A stretch of DNA of 54,606 nucleotides from Macrostomum lignano (GCA_002269645.1 NIVC01003249.1:54539-109144); one strand, 5' to 3'; shown: positions 36,913 through 48,945, counted from the first letter of the stretch. Program-made: numbers and translations. The notes: generated from the sequence alone by a model not told the origin.

Positions 36913-39488
36913 CGATATCGCAGAGAGCGCCATTGTTCGCCATAGTTTGGAACACCCTGAATGTACACCAGACAAAAATCTCTCAAAATATTTTTGGTAC
37001 GCCAGTGTACGTCAAATTTTACAACAATGAATTATTTTGTTTTTAAATTGCGTAAAATAACATTTTTAGCTGATACCTAATACACGCAACAATTTGTTTC
37101 AATTTTTTATTACGAGCTTTAAAAACCAAGAAACTTGAAATTGCTTAAAAATAAACTCTAAAAAATAAACTTTAAATAAACTTCAAAAATAAATAAAAAT
37201 AATTATTTTATTGAAGTGTCTCGGTTTTCTTTGGTTGCACTGGGAGAGGAGAGGTGTTCTGGTAGGCCTGGGAATCCCACCACTATCACCAGTGTAGTAA
37301 CTGAGCCTTTGTTTGCTTGGGCTAGGTGGACAGCTATCGCCCGGGACAACCTTAGCAAACACTCTTGCGGGGGTTGAGACTGGGGAGAAATCTAAGATCA
37401 AGGGTAGTGCTGCCACCAACGTGGGAACCATAGGATCCACAATGAAGGGGTCTGTTTGGGCTCTATGCAAATAAATAATGCTAGAACAACTAGTCTCAGA
37501 TATTTCAATGTCTAAGTGATAGGACTCAATGGTAGCAAATGGCCTGAGCGATGCAGTCCTGGCACTGACAATGTCCGCACTTGAGCGTGTCTGAGTTTAG
37601 CTCTCAGAGGACCCCTAACTCCTACTAACCTAATAGCTACATCTCGCGCAGATGGGCGATGAGGAATAGGTCTTATGCGCCTGCGGCAGCAATAGACTCT
37701 AGGCCTATAGCCTATCAGCTATTTCTTAGAATCGCGCAGGAGTGTTGCGACTGCACACTCACTTTCACTCTTTTTCGCGCCTGTGTCGCGAATAGACACT
37801 AGCAGAATGGCTTCAGCCAACTGATTTCCTGCCAATAGGGTAGGCTGGAAACCAGAGCTGTAGCACTAGCAATGCTCTACCAAGACCTACTCAGGAGCGT
37901 GCTTTCTGCTTGAGTGCCGCAATGCTCTACCAAGACCTGCTCAGGAGCTTGTATCTGCTTAGCGATGCTTTAATGCTCTACCAAGACCTGCTCAGGAGCT
38001 TGCTTTGCTGTTAACCGGCGCTAGAGCGTTAGACTTGGAGAAAGCTCTCGACAAGTGCTCACGAGGCGGTTCTGAGGAAAAATTCAGACAAGCGGGCCTG
38101 CATTCATTAATATAGAATGCAGAGGGTAGAGCATTTGGGCATTCCGTGGCTTGACCATAGAACTGCAGCCGAAAAGTGCGGATAATGATGCACAACAGAT
38201 ATTGATTAAACATGAGGGAGAAAGTAGCTTGTACGAAGCGCCGACAGAAGCTTCAAGCCACCAGTGAAAATAGCATGCCAAATTTGGGCTTGTGCGCACA
38301 AGGTTACACGTGAGGGAGGGTTCAGCTCGACACACGGGGTCCGCGAAACCCTCAGTCTAAAAATAAAATGACGCATGGGGAGAGGCTCGGACGCAGGAGG
38401 AACAAGAGAGCAGAGAGGGGAAGGGTCCAGAGAGCACACAGGGGAGGAGTGCAGCTAACTAGACTTGCGTACACTGAGCGATCGTATGCGGCAGGCCAGG
38501 CAACAATAGTACAGGCAAGCGCCAAATTTGGCGGCTTCCACTAACTAACCCTAGGCTAGGCAAACTTCCTAATTTCCTATGTTAAAGATTGCGCCATATT
38601 GTGCAACTTCTGAGCACCAAGGAAGGCTGCTTAGAGTGCATGGAGGCAGCAGAAAATTCTTATTCCAGATACTAGCAGCGGACAGCAATGCCTAAGATGT
38701 GACTGCGGCCCTATGCTTGCAGCAAAAGGCTGTGGCCATATCATTATTTTTTTTTTTTATTACTTTTCACGAACTTTTCTGCATGATTTTATTAAGTGCA
38801 TGCACACTATTTTCTTAGACTATTTGATTTGATTCCACAACTACAGGAACATGTATGCTACTTTTTGAATATGCATTTTTATACGCCAGATGGTATGCCA
38901 GATTTCAAAAAGTAAAAAAATTGTACACCAAGTGTATACCAAAAGTTGTGAGTATACGCCGGATTAATCCAGCATACCATCCGTCTTCCGGACTATGGGT
39001 TGTTCGCCTTCGTGGGGTCCCCTATAAGGCAACAATGGCCGATATTGAAGAGTTTTCCTCGTCAAGATTGCGCGGCTGTCAGCCTGCCAGTGTTTGCATT
39101 GTTTATAATGCCAGGGGATTGTCAGCTAGACAGGCAAGTGCTGCCGTTGTTAGCGTCATGGTTTCAATTTCAGTGCAAAATGTCCTAACCTATATAGCAA
39201 CTGTTTAGTACTGTGCAAGCGTAAAATGAGCATCATTTCAAACATAAAAGATTAATTGGAGAATTGCTGAGATATCAAGGCATACAGGGGGAATTGCTAG
39301 GATGTCAAGGCATATGAGGAGAATTGCTGGGATATCAAGGCATACAGGGGAATTGCTAAGATGTCAAGACATACGGGGGAATTGCTGAGATGTCAAGGCA
39401 TACAGGGGGAATTGCTGGGATGTCAAGGCATATGGGGAAATCGCTAAGATGTCAACGCATACAGGGGAATTGCTGAGATGTCAAGGCT
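36913..39488 (+). pseudogene. Inverted partial duplicate of hnRNP F/H-like exon 1 and intron 1 (36913..36939 + 38999..39488), split by the transposon
   Basis: Matches the reverse complement of ~24890..25440, including VRLRGVPYKAT, the GC donor and the intronic 29-30-bp repeat. No other exons were seen. Confidence 0.9.
36940..38998. mobile_element. Non-autonomous TIR DNA transposon with 8-bp target-site duplication (hAT- or P-like)
   Basis: Ends CCATAGTTTGGAA and TTCCGGACTATGG form a 13-bp inverted repeat with 2 mismatches. Flanks are ATTGTTCG (36932-36939) and GTTGTTCG (38999-39006). The empty site is visible in the gene copy at 25412-25420. Subterminal TAC(G/A)CCAG-like motifs occur at both ends. 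No transposase ORF inside. Confidence 0.8.
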
Positions 39489-41714
39489 TAGTATTCTTTG
39501 GGTTTAACTAGGAATGAATGGTAGAAAAATTGCATTATTATAGTTTTATAACTCTATAATTAGAAACAGATATATATTTTTAAATTTTATTTAATATATT
39601 ATTTTTTAGCTATTATAAAAATGTGCTTTAATTTATTCTAGGGTCCTGTAGTGTTATTTTGTTTAATTTGATTTTAATTCAAAGAAACTTTAACAAATTT
39701 GTCATAGGCCTATTCAAATAGTAAAGTCTTACAGATTGGCCAAGTCATCATCATCATATGATAATTTAGAATATGACAATTGCAACTGTATCCTAAAATA
39801 ATTGTTATTATAATTTATAGATTAAAACACATCAATTTGCAAAATAACTCTCAGCTCAACAAGACAAGATAGAGCAAAACTATATAAAGAAGACACTTGA
39901 GCCAGGAGGAAGTCAGAATAGAATTTAGAATTAGAAATTAGATTAGGAATTATGATAGCTTGATATGATATACTATAGATAAATTTGTTTGCAGATTTGG
40001 AAAATTTGCTAGAACAGTTTAGCCTTCTAGTCAATGTACCAGAGGCAGTACATGCCTAATAGAGAGCACTAGAAGCCATACATGTCTAGGAAGAAGCAAC
40101 AGAGGCAGTAGATACCTACTCAGTCAGAGGCAGTAATCACCCACAAGGTGCAAAGCAAAGCAAAAGTGTCTAGTCTGAGATAGTAGACATTTAAGAACAG
40201 CTGGCTAAAGAAAAAAACAGGTACTAAAAAGGGCAATAAAGCTCAGCGGCTGAAATCAGTGAAAGTAGAGGTCAAAATACTAATTTTTACTTATAAAAGA
40301 TAGGTTCACGGTTTTACTAGCGCGGCAGCGCCTGCCTAAATCAATCTTTTCGGTCAATTGGAATTTGCGTGCCACGATGGGCCAGCTAAATTTAATTTTC
40401 TAAGTTTGAATGTATTAAAACACAGTACCAAAGCGAGTAACTTAAATAGCGCTTTGTGATCTATTTTCTTTTTTCTTATTTTCTTTTCTTAAAATTAAAA
40501 GTTCTAAAAGTGTTCTTACATCACAACTGGTACCATAAAAAGTAGATGTGCGAATGAATAGTAATTTAATTCAAAATAGAAGGGAAATATCGATTTTCTT
40601 AAGTTGTCAACTGATTCAGTCCAGATTAGCTCCTTGACTCGACGTGACTCATTACGTTTAATATAATATTTTCATCATATTTCAACATTAAATTTTCTTT
40701 TAACACTTTCATGGCTAAAGTATATTATTTTACTGTTTTAGCACAAAGCGTCGAAAATTTTATTAGACACTAACATTTCATCAGTGTTTAGTACGTTACA
40801 GTCGTAGTTCGATACAATAATAATAATAATATATTTCATCTGCATTTCTAGACAATTCCAACCCCTGGAATAGTTAGGGACAAAGAATAAATAATGGCAT
40901 GGAGGAATTATAGCCTAGCAAGCAAAACAATGTTTTGCGATTGCCTAGAGTCTAGAGATGGTACGGAATAGAATTTGCTGATAATTGTAATTATTAAATC
41001 GATATCAATTTGACAGATTTGTCTTAATTCGCACTTCGCAGAAATGTCCATTCAGTCCATAATTCATAAATGGGACCATAATAAAAACGTAGTTTTTTTA
41101 TATTTCTTACTCATTTAGCTAATAGACCTGCTTATTGTCAAGTCAATACCAAAAAAGTTATTGAGCAACCTTCATCCTTTCCTCATTTTTTCATATACAA
41201 GAGTTGAGATAAGACAATACCTACATAGCTACATATACTTCACTTCAATGATTTCATCTTTATCATAAAAATACATTAATTTTTTTGGCACTAGGCCTAA
41301 AAATTTGTGGTGCCATTTTGGTGCTATGGGTCCAAATTCAGGGTGCCAAATAAAATTTTAAGATGCCGTAGCAACCATTTGGCATAAAAAACCTAGTAAG
41401 TATGATATAACATATAAGTGTCAAAACTTAGGGAAAATATTCATTATCAAGACTATATAAAATATTCTTTCAACTTTAAATGCTCAAAGATTTTGATTTA
41501 TAAAGAAAATAAGCTAATTTCAATAAGTGTAGTTTATAATTGATAAATTAAATAGGTTGATGGATTAAAATGACGAACTAGATTGAGTAATTTTCGCTTA
41601 TTTATAATTCATTGTAGTTCTTTGAATTATTTTGACTAATATTACAAATGTCAATACTAAAAAAACACTTTTATTGCATGCTGCTTATTGGGTCAGCCTA
41701 AACTCCTCACTACT

Positions 41715-44700
41715 ATGCTGAGTTCATTTGACACAAATGGGTCACCGCAGCATCGGGCCATGTTACACCTTCTAGAGCTGCTGATGAATGCGCCCCCACG
41801 CGGACTGCCATTGCCTGTTCTAACTCAGAAACTTTTACACAGACCAGGCGGTGGTGCAGAAGCCGCAACAGCAATTGACCAGGCTGGCGGCATGCGAGCT
41901 TTTCTACAGCGGCACCCAGCCCTATTCCGGCTCCATGACGATATGGCATCTGCAGTAGGCAGCGTTGGGCCAGCTGGACTTGACACTGATCATCGACTCA
42001 ATCAGAGCAATCCCGAGGTGCCCTCTTCAGTGCCACCGCAGTCCAATTCACCGCCAGGTGCTGGATCTGCTGACAGCGGCGAGTTGACCAATGGCTTCGA
42101 TAGGCTATCAATGTCCTCCTGCTCGTCATCAACTCTGTCCGCCAGCGTTATGATGGAGGTTGCTAGGGAGAGCGAAGCTGTCAGATTCTTTCAGGTGTGC
42201 CTAGCACTTAATTGTATTTTAGTAATTGTTGCACTCATTTGTGAAACCAAAAAGTGTGTGAATGAATGATCGATAGAGATTTGCCTTAATGAATCTCGTA
42301 CATCACGCAAGAGTGTCTGAGATTATACTGGATAGGGGAGAGCAGGGTGCATGAGATTAGATTAGGGATGAGGGAGAGCAGAGTGCATGAGGTTAGATTA
42401 GGGATGAGGGAGAACAGAGTGCGTGAGGTTAGATTAGGGATGTGGGAGAGCAGAGTACATGAGGTTAGATTAGGGATGAGGGAGAACAGAGTGCGTGAGG
42501 TTAGATTAGGGATGTGGGAGAGCAGACTGCGTGAGGTTAGATTAGGGATGAGGGAGAGCAGAGTGCGTGAGGTTAGATTAGGGATGTGGGAGAGCAGACT
42601 GCGTGAGGTTAGATTAGGGATGAGGGAGAACAGAGTGCGTGAGGTTAGATTAGGGATGTGGGAGAGCAGACTGCGTGAGGTTAGATTAGGGATGAGGGAG
42701 AGCAGAGTGCGTGAGGTTAGATTAGGGATGAGGGAGAACAGAGTGATTGAGATTAGATTAGGGATGAAGGAGAGCAGAGTGCGTGAGGTTAGATTAGGGA
42801 TGTGGGAGAGCAGAGTGCGTGAGGTTAGATTAGGGATGAGGGAGAACAGAGTGCTTCTGAGTATTCCTGGCAACTCAGCATCTGCCATTCCTCATCAGCA
42901 TTCAATTCTCCCTGCGTAACTCAGCTGCAGGGGGGCTCCACGCATCCGGATGCAGGGGGGGGGGGGCGTCGTCGCCCAGTCCGCTGATCCCTGGCGTCTC
43001 TCACCCGGTAGCCCTTAGGTAGCGGACGAGCTAGCCGAGATTCTCAAGCCTGAAAACGTCGGAAAGATCCGGAGACTTGGCTGAAGTGTAGGCCAGCCTC
43101 TCCCGAGTAAAAGCAAAGCAATTGCAGGTGAAGTTCTGTGCATTCTCAGCACCGGAGAGGCAAAATGGGCATTTCTCACTGACTTTTTTTTACCTTAAAG
43201 TTAGATATGCCTAGCGAACAATAGCCATTACCTCAGAGGGCCCATGGCTATAGCTCAAACAATAAAACGCTTCAAATTTCCCCTAGAGCGACTCTTTGAC
43301 GAATTTTTAGGCGACGAACTTGTGCCGTGATATCTCGTTTTATGACGTTTTATGCAAGGCAATTTTTTATCATTTCTTCTCTCTTTCAACTTCGCAGAGC
43401 CGCCTCGGCCGCCGCCGCGAGGACCGCTGGGTGCCAATAAAGAGTCTGGCCGGCCACCTCAGCCAGGCCCCGGCCGAAGTTCGTTCAGTAGTGGGGCCGC
43501 AGTCAGATTTCGCTAAATTTCTAGCCAAGCATCGGCACGTGTTTGAAATCCAAGGCGAACTGGTTGGCCTGCGGACACGTTCGCTGCCGTGACAACCAGG
43601 CAGCAGGAGAAGCAGTCCCAGCAGCAGCAGCAGTCATTGTCTTCTTCATCCGGTTCCAGATTGCGTCACACGCACTCCGCTCGCACCAGCCGGCCCCCGC
43701 AGTATGCTGTCGAAATCCGGTCGGGCGCAAGGCGGCGGCGGCGGCGGTTTTCTTGGCGGCAGCATGGACGACACATTCGCCAACTCGCTGCCGGGGACGC
43801 CTGCCGAATCGAATTATAACGACGAAGCGTTCGATGATACTGGTAGCGTGAGCTCGACAGCCTGCTCAGCGTCAATGCCAGCAGCCGAGTTCAAGGCGGT
43901 GGAATTTGTTAGGCGAGTTCTGGACAGAGCGGCAACTAGGACTGGCGGCGGGCTGCCACTGGCGCAGCTGTTCGCTGTGATATCCAGGTTGGTTGGGGAA
44001 CTGGAGACTGTAGAGTGTCGTCTGTGCAGCCCTAGAGGATTGCGTGTGGAAAATCGCCATATATGTAGAAAATCGCCTATATTTGTAGAAAATCGGCATA
44101 TATGTAGACAATCGCCTCTATGAATAGAAAATCGCCTATATAAAAAGAAAATCGCCTATATATGTACAATATCGCCTATATAAATAGAATTTCGCCCATA
44201 TAAATATAAAAATCGCCTATAATAATATAAAACCGCCTATATAAATATAAAACCGCCTATATAAATATAAAACCGCCTATATAAATATAAAACCGCCTAT
44301 ATAAATATAAAACCGCCTATATAAATATAAAACCGCCTATATAAATAGAAAATCGCCTAAATAAATAGAAAATCGCCTATATAAAACGAAAATCGCCTCT
44401 CTCTACCTATAAAAATCAAAACTCTGTCTGTGTGTGTACAAATTTGAACGCTATATAAATATAAAATCGTCTATATAAATATAAAATCGTCTATATATGA
44501 AGAAAATCGCCTATATAAATATAAAATCGCCTATATATGTAGAAAATCGCCTATATAAAAAGAAAATCGCCTATATAAAAAGAAAATCGCCTATATATGT
44601 AGAAAATAGCCAATATGTAGAAAATAGCCAATATGTAGAAAATAGCCAATATGTAGAAAATAGCCAATATGTAGAAAATAGCCAATATGTAGAAAATAGC

Positions 44701-46575
44701 CAATATATGTAGAAAATCGCCTATATATGTAGAATATCGCCTATATAAAAAGAAAATCGCCTATATAAATAGAAAATCGCCTATATACAGAAAATCGCCT
44801 ATATGAAAAATCGCCGCAGGTCGGGCGACTCCGCCGAGGCCGCCCGCAACTTCATCGGCTGGACGCAGCTCGAATTGGAGGAATTTCTTAGAAAGCGGCC
44901 CCGCCTGTTCAACCTAAACTCGACCGGGCCGGACGCCATGGTTTCGAATGGTTCGGCTTTCGGGCGCAACGAATTTCAGCGACGCAGTCTGCGGCTCAGC
45001 AGCCAGTCCTCGTCGTCGACAACTGCCGATCCGCCGCCGCCTCGCTCGCTGTCCAACCGCCGAGGCCGCGTGTTCCACTGCGCCAAGCTGTGGGGCATCA
45101 TCGACCTGGGTCGGCACGAACACGTTTTCTTTGATCGGTCTATTTTTAAACACGTGGACGACCTGCAGAAGTATTTTAAGGTAAGGGCTGGCGCTCGAAT
45201 CCTCTGGGCCAGTCTCCCAGATCCTCAGTTGCTGGGCCAGCCTCTCAGATCCTCAGTTGCTGGGCCAGTCTCCCAGATCCTCAGTTGCTGGGCCAGCCTC
45301 TCAGATCCTCAGTTGCTGGGCCAGTCTCCCAGATCCTCAGTTGCTGGGCCAGCCTCTCAGATCCTCAATTGCTGGGCCAGCCTCCCAGATCCTCAGTTGC
45401 TGGGCCAGCCTCTCAGATCCTCAATTGCTGGGCCAGCCTCCCAGATCCTCAGTTGCTGGGCCAGCCTCTCAGATCCTCAGTTGCTGGGCCAGCCTCTCAG
45501 ATCCTCAATTGCTGGGCCAGTCTCCCAGATCCTCAGTTGCTGGGCCAGCCTCTCAGATCCTCAATTGCTGGGCCAGCCTCCCAGATCCTCAATTGCTGGG
45601 CCAGCCTCTCAGATCCTCAATTGCTGGGTCAGTCTCCCAGATCCTCAGTTGCTGGGCCAGCCTCTCAGATCCTCAATTGCTGGGTCAGTCTCCCAGATCC
45701 TCAGTTGCTGGGCCAGTCTCCCAGATCCTCAGTTGCTGGGCCAGCCTCCCAGATCCTCAGTTGCTGGGCCAGTCTCCCAGATCCTCAGTTGCTGGGCCAG
45801 CCTCTCAGATCCTCAATTGCTGGGCCAGTCTCCCAGATCCTCAGTTGCTGGGCCAGCCTCCCAGATCCTCAGTTGCTGGGCCAGCCTCCCAGATCCTCAA
45901 TTGCTGGGCCAGTCTCCCAGATCCTCAGTTGCTGGGCCAGCCTCCCAGATCCTCAGTTGCTGGGCCAGCCTCTCAGATCCTCAGTTGCTGGGCCAGCCTC
46001 CCAGATCCCCAGTTGCTGGGCCAGCCTCCCAGATCCTCGGGCTGACAGCCATCGAACAGTCCAGCCTCACACAGCAGTCATGCTCAGTCCCCAACCCACC
46101 TACCTCCCAGGTGAACGACACCGTCTACTTCAACGCCATCTTGGCCACCAAGGACAGCCGTGCAAAATGGCGGGCCACCCAGGTGTGGCGCGAGTCTGAC
46201 CAAGCTCTGATGGAGCGCCCAGCCTCCTCCGCTGTCCCGCCGTCCCAACAGCCGAGATCCTCCGCCGCCACCCTCCTCGATCTGGCCGACGACGTGAAAT
46301 TCCTGTCTGACATCGACAACCAGCGCGACGGCTGGTCGGTGAGCAGCGGCGGTTCCTCCGACCCGGCCGAGATCGGCGAGTTCGGCGCCGACTTCGATCT
46401 CGAAGACAACCTGGCCGACAATGTCGCCAATTTGAAACTGATCGGGGTCAGCCGTCTGCCTATCAGCCTGAAGTCAAACAGCCGGACGCAGCTTCCGAGA
46501 CGGCGTCGGAGCTGTGCTCCCAGTGCGCCAGTCTGGTCTCCGTCAGCACCGCGTCGGTGGCTACTCAAACTATGA
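41715..46575 (+). CDS. Egalitarian/egal-1-like protein: three winged-helix (LOTUS-like) repeats plus an OB/cold-shock-like domain; join(41715..42194,43398..43987,44820..45180,46111..46575); in-frame TGA at 43590 in the assembly
   Basis: EAVRFFQSRL..VPIKSLAGHLSQAPAEVRSVVG..FAKFLAKHRHVFEIQGELVGL closely resembles the Egalitarian N-terminal repeat. Two further copies are MRAFLQRHPALF and LEEFLRKRPRLF. GRVFHCAKLWGIIDLGRHEHVFFDRS..VYFNAI..WRATQVW is OB-like. Three GT-AG introns are phase-consistent. Confidence 0.8.
42335..42855. repeat. 36-bp minisatellite in egal-like intron 1
   Basis: Unit GTGCGTGAGGTTAGATTAGGGATGAGGGAGAGCAGA. Confidence 0.95.
44050..44815. repeat. AT-rich 18-20-bp minisatellite filling egal-like intron 2
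   Basis: Units AAAATCGCCTATATAAATAG and GTAGAAAATAGCCAATAT. Confidence 0.95.
45205..46040. repeat. 28-bp minisatellite filling egal-like intron 3 (~30 copies)
   Basis: Unit CCCAGATCCTCAGTTGCTGGGCCAGCCT. Confidence 0.95.
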
Positions 46576-46704
46576 GCACTGGAGAGATTATGGCTATGCA
46601 AATATTTCACGATCTTTGATTTCCATTTGGCAGGAGCTTTTTGTTTTTCTTCTACGTGGTAGAAATTTTTATAGTATTGCTATTGCAGTTTAAGATATCT
46701 CTCA

Positions 46705-48945
46705 TTGAGAATCTCCCTTCAAATCTCTCATTGAGAATCTCCCATTGAGAATCTCCCTTCAAATCTCTCATTGAGAATCTCCCTTCAAATCTCTCATTGA
46801 GAATCTCCCTTCAAATCTCTCATTGAGAATCTCCCTTCAAATCTCTCATTGAGAATCTCCCTTCAAATCTCTCATTGAGAATCTCCCTTCAAATCTCTCA
46901 TTGAGAATCTCCCTTCAAATCTCTCATTGAGAATCTCCCTTCAAATCTCTCATTGAGAATCTCCCTTCAAATCTCTCATTGAGAATCTCCCTTCAAATCT
47001 CTCATTGAGAATCTCCCTTCAAATCTCTCATTGAGAATCTCCCTTCAAATCTCTCATTGAGAATCTCCCTTCAAATCTTTCATTGAGAATCTCCCTTCAA
47101 ATCTCTCATTGAGAATCTCCCTTCAAATCTCTCATTGAGAATCTCCCTTCAAATCTCTCATTGAGAATCTCCCTTCAAATCTCTCATTGAGAATCTCCCT
47201 TCAAATCTCTCATTGAGAATCTCCCTTCAAATCTCTCATTGAGAATCTCCCTTCAAATCTCTCATTGAGAATCTCCCTTCAAATCTCTCATTGAGAATCT
47301 CCCTTCAAATCTCTCATTGAGAATCTCCCTTCAAATCTCTCATTGAGAATCTCCCTTCAAATCTCTCATTGAGAATCTCCCTTCAAATCTTTCATTGAGA
47401 ATCTCCCTTCAAATCTCTCATTGAGAATCTCCCTTCAAATCTCTCATTGAGAATCTCCCTTCAAATCTCTCATTGAGAATCTCCCTTCAAATCTCTCATT
47501 GAGAATCTCCCTTCAAATCTCTCATTGAGAATCTCCCTTCAAATCTCTCATTGAGAATCTCCCTTCAAATCTCTCATTGAGAATCTCCCTTCAAATCTCT
47601 CATTGAGAATCTCCCTTCAAATCTCTCATTGAGAATCTCCCTTCAAATCTCTCATTGAGAATCTCCCTTCAAATCTCTCATTGAGAATCTCCCTTCAAAT
47701 CTCTCATTGAGAATCTCCCTTCAAATCTCTCATTGAGAATCTCCCTTCAAATCTCTCATTGAGAATCTCCCTTCAAATCTCTCATTGAGAATCTCCCTTC
47801 AAATCTCTCATTGAGAATCTCCCTTCAAATCTCTCATTGAGAATCTCCCTTCAAATCTCTCATTGAGAATCTCCCTTCAAATCTCTCATTGAGAATCTCC
47901 CTTCAAATCTCTCATTGAGAATCTCCCTTCAAATCTCTCATTGAGAATCTCCCTTCAAATCTCTCATTGAGAATCTCCCTTCAAATCTCTCATTGAGAAT
48001 CTCCCATTGAGAATCTCCCTTCAAATCTCTCAATGAGAATCTCCCATTGAGAATCTCCCTTCAAATCTCTCATTGAGAATCTCCCATTGAGAATCTCCCT
48101 TCAAATCTCTCAATGAGAATCTCCCATTGAGAATCTCCCTTCAAATCTCTCATTGAGAATCTCCCTTCAAATCTTTCATTGAGAATCTCCCATTCAGAAT
48201 CTCCCATGAAATCTTCCATTGAGAATCTCCCATGAAATATTCCATTGAGAATCTCCCATGAAATCTCCCATTGATAATCTCCCCATTGAGAATCTCCCCA
48301 TTGAGAATCTCCCTTCAAATCTCTCATTGAGAATCTCCCCATTGAGAATCTCCCCATTGAGAATCTCCCATTGAGAATCTCCCATTGAGAATCTCCCATT
48401 GAAAATCTCCCATTGAGAATCTCCCATTGAGAATCTCCCCATTGAGAATCTCCCCATTGAGAATCTCCTATTGAGAATCTCCCCATTGAGAATCTCCCAT
48501 TGAGAATCTCCCATTGAGAATCTCCCATTGAGAATCTCCCATTGAGAATCTCCCCATTGAGAATCTCCCCATTGAGAATCTCCCATTGAGAATCTCCCCA
48601 TTGAGAATCTCCCATTGAGAATCTCCCCATTGAGAATCTCCCATTGAGAATCTCCCCATTGAGAATCTCCCATTGAGAATCTCCCCATTGAGAATCTCCC
48701 ATTGAAAATCTCCCCATTGAGAATCTCCCATTGAGAATCTCCCATTGAGAATCTCCCCATTGAGAATCTCCCCATTGAGAATCTCCCATTGAGAATCTCC
48801 CCATTGAGAATCTCCCATTGAGAATCTCCCCATTGAGAATCTCCCATTGAGAATCTCCCCATTGAGAATCTCCCATTGAGAATCTCCCCATTGAGAATCT
48901 CCCATTGAAAATCTCCCAATTGAGAATCTCCCATTGAGAATTGTC
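46705..48945. repeat. 2.2-kb array: 26-bp unit (~50 near-identical copies) changing to 15/16-bp units
   Basis: CATTGAGAATCTCCCTTCAAATCTCT, then CATTGAGAATCTCCC(C) from ~48250. Confidence 0.95.

Noticed and set aside
37870-38010. Three copies of AATGCTCTACCAAGACCTGCTCAGGAGC separated by ~22-bp variable stretches (CRISPR-like look)
   Set aside because: The spacers resemble each other (TGCTT..CTGCTT), there are only three units, the context is eukaryotic and there are no cas genes. It is a diverged ~51-bp tandem repeat.
38855-39208. 117-aa ORF containing VVRLRGVPYKAT as a separate RRM gene
   Set aside because: Its N-terminus comes from the transposon end and its C-terminus reads into copied intron. 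It is the duplicated fragment.
42335-42855. TTAGGG motifs as interstitial telomere
   Set aside because: There is only one TTAGGG per 36-bp unit and it is never tandem.
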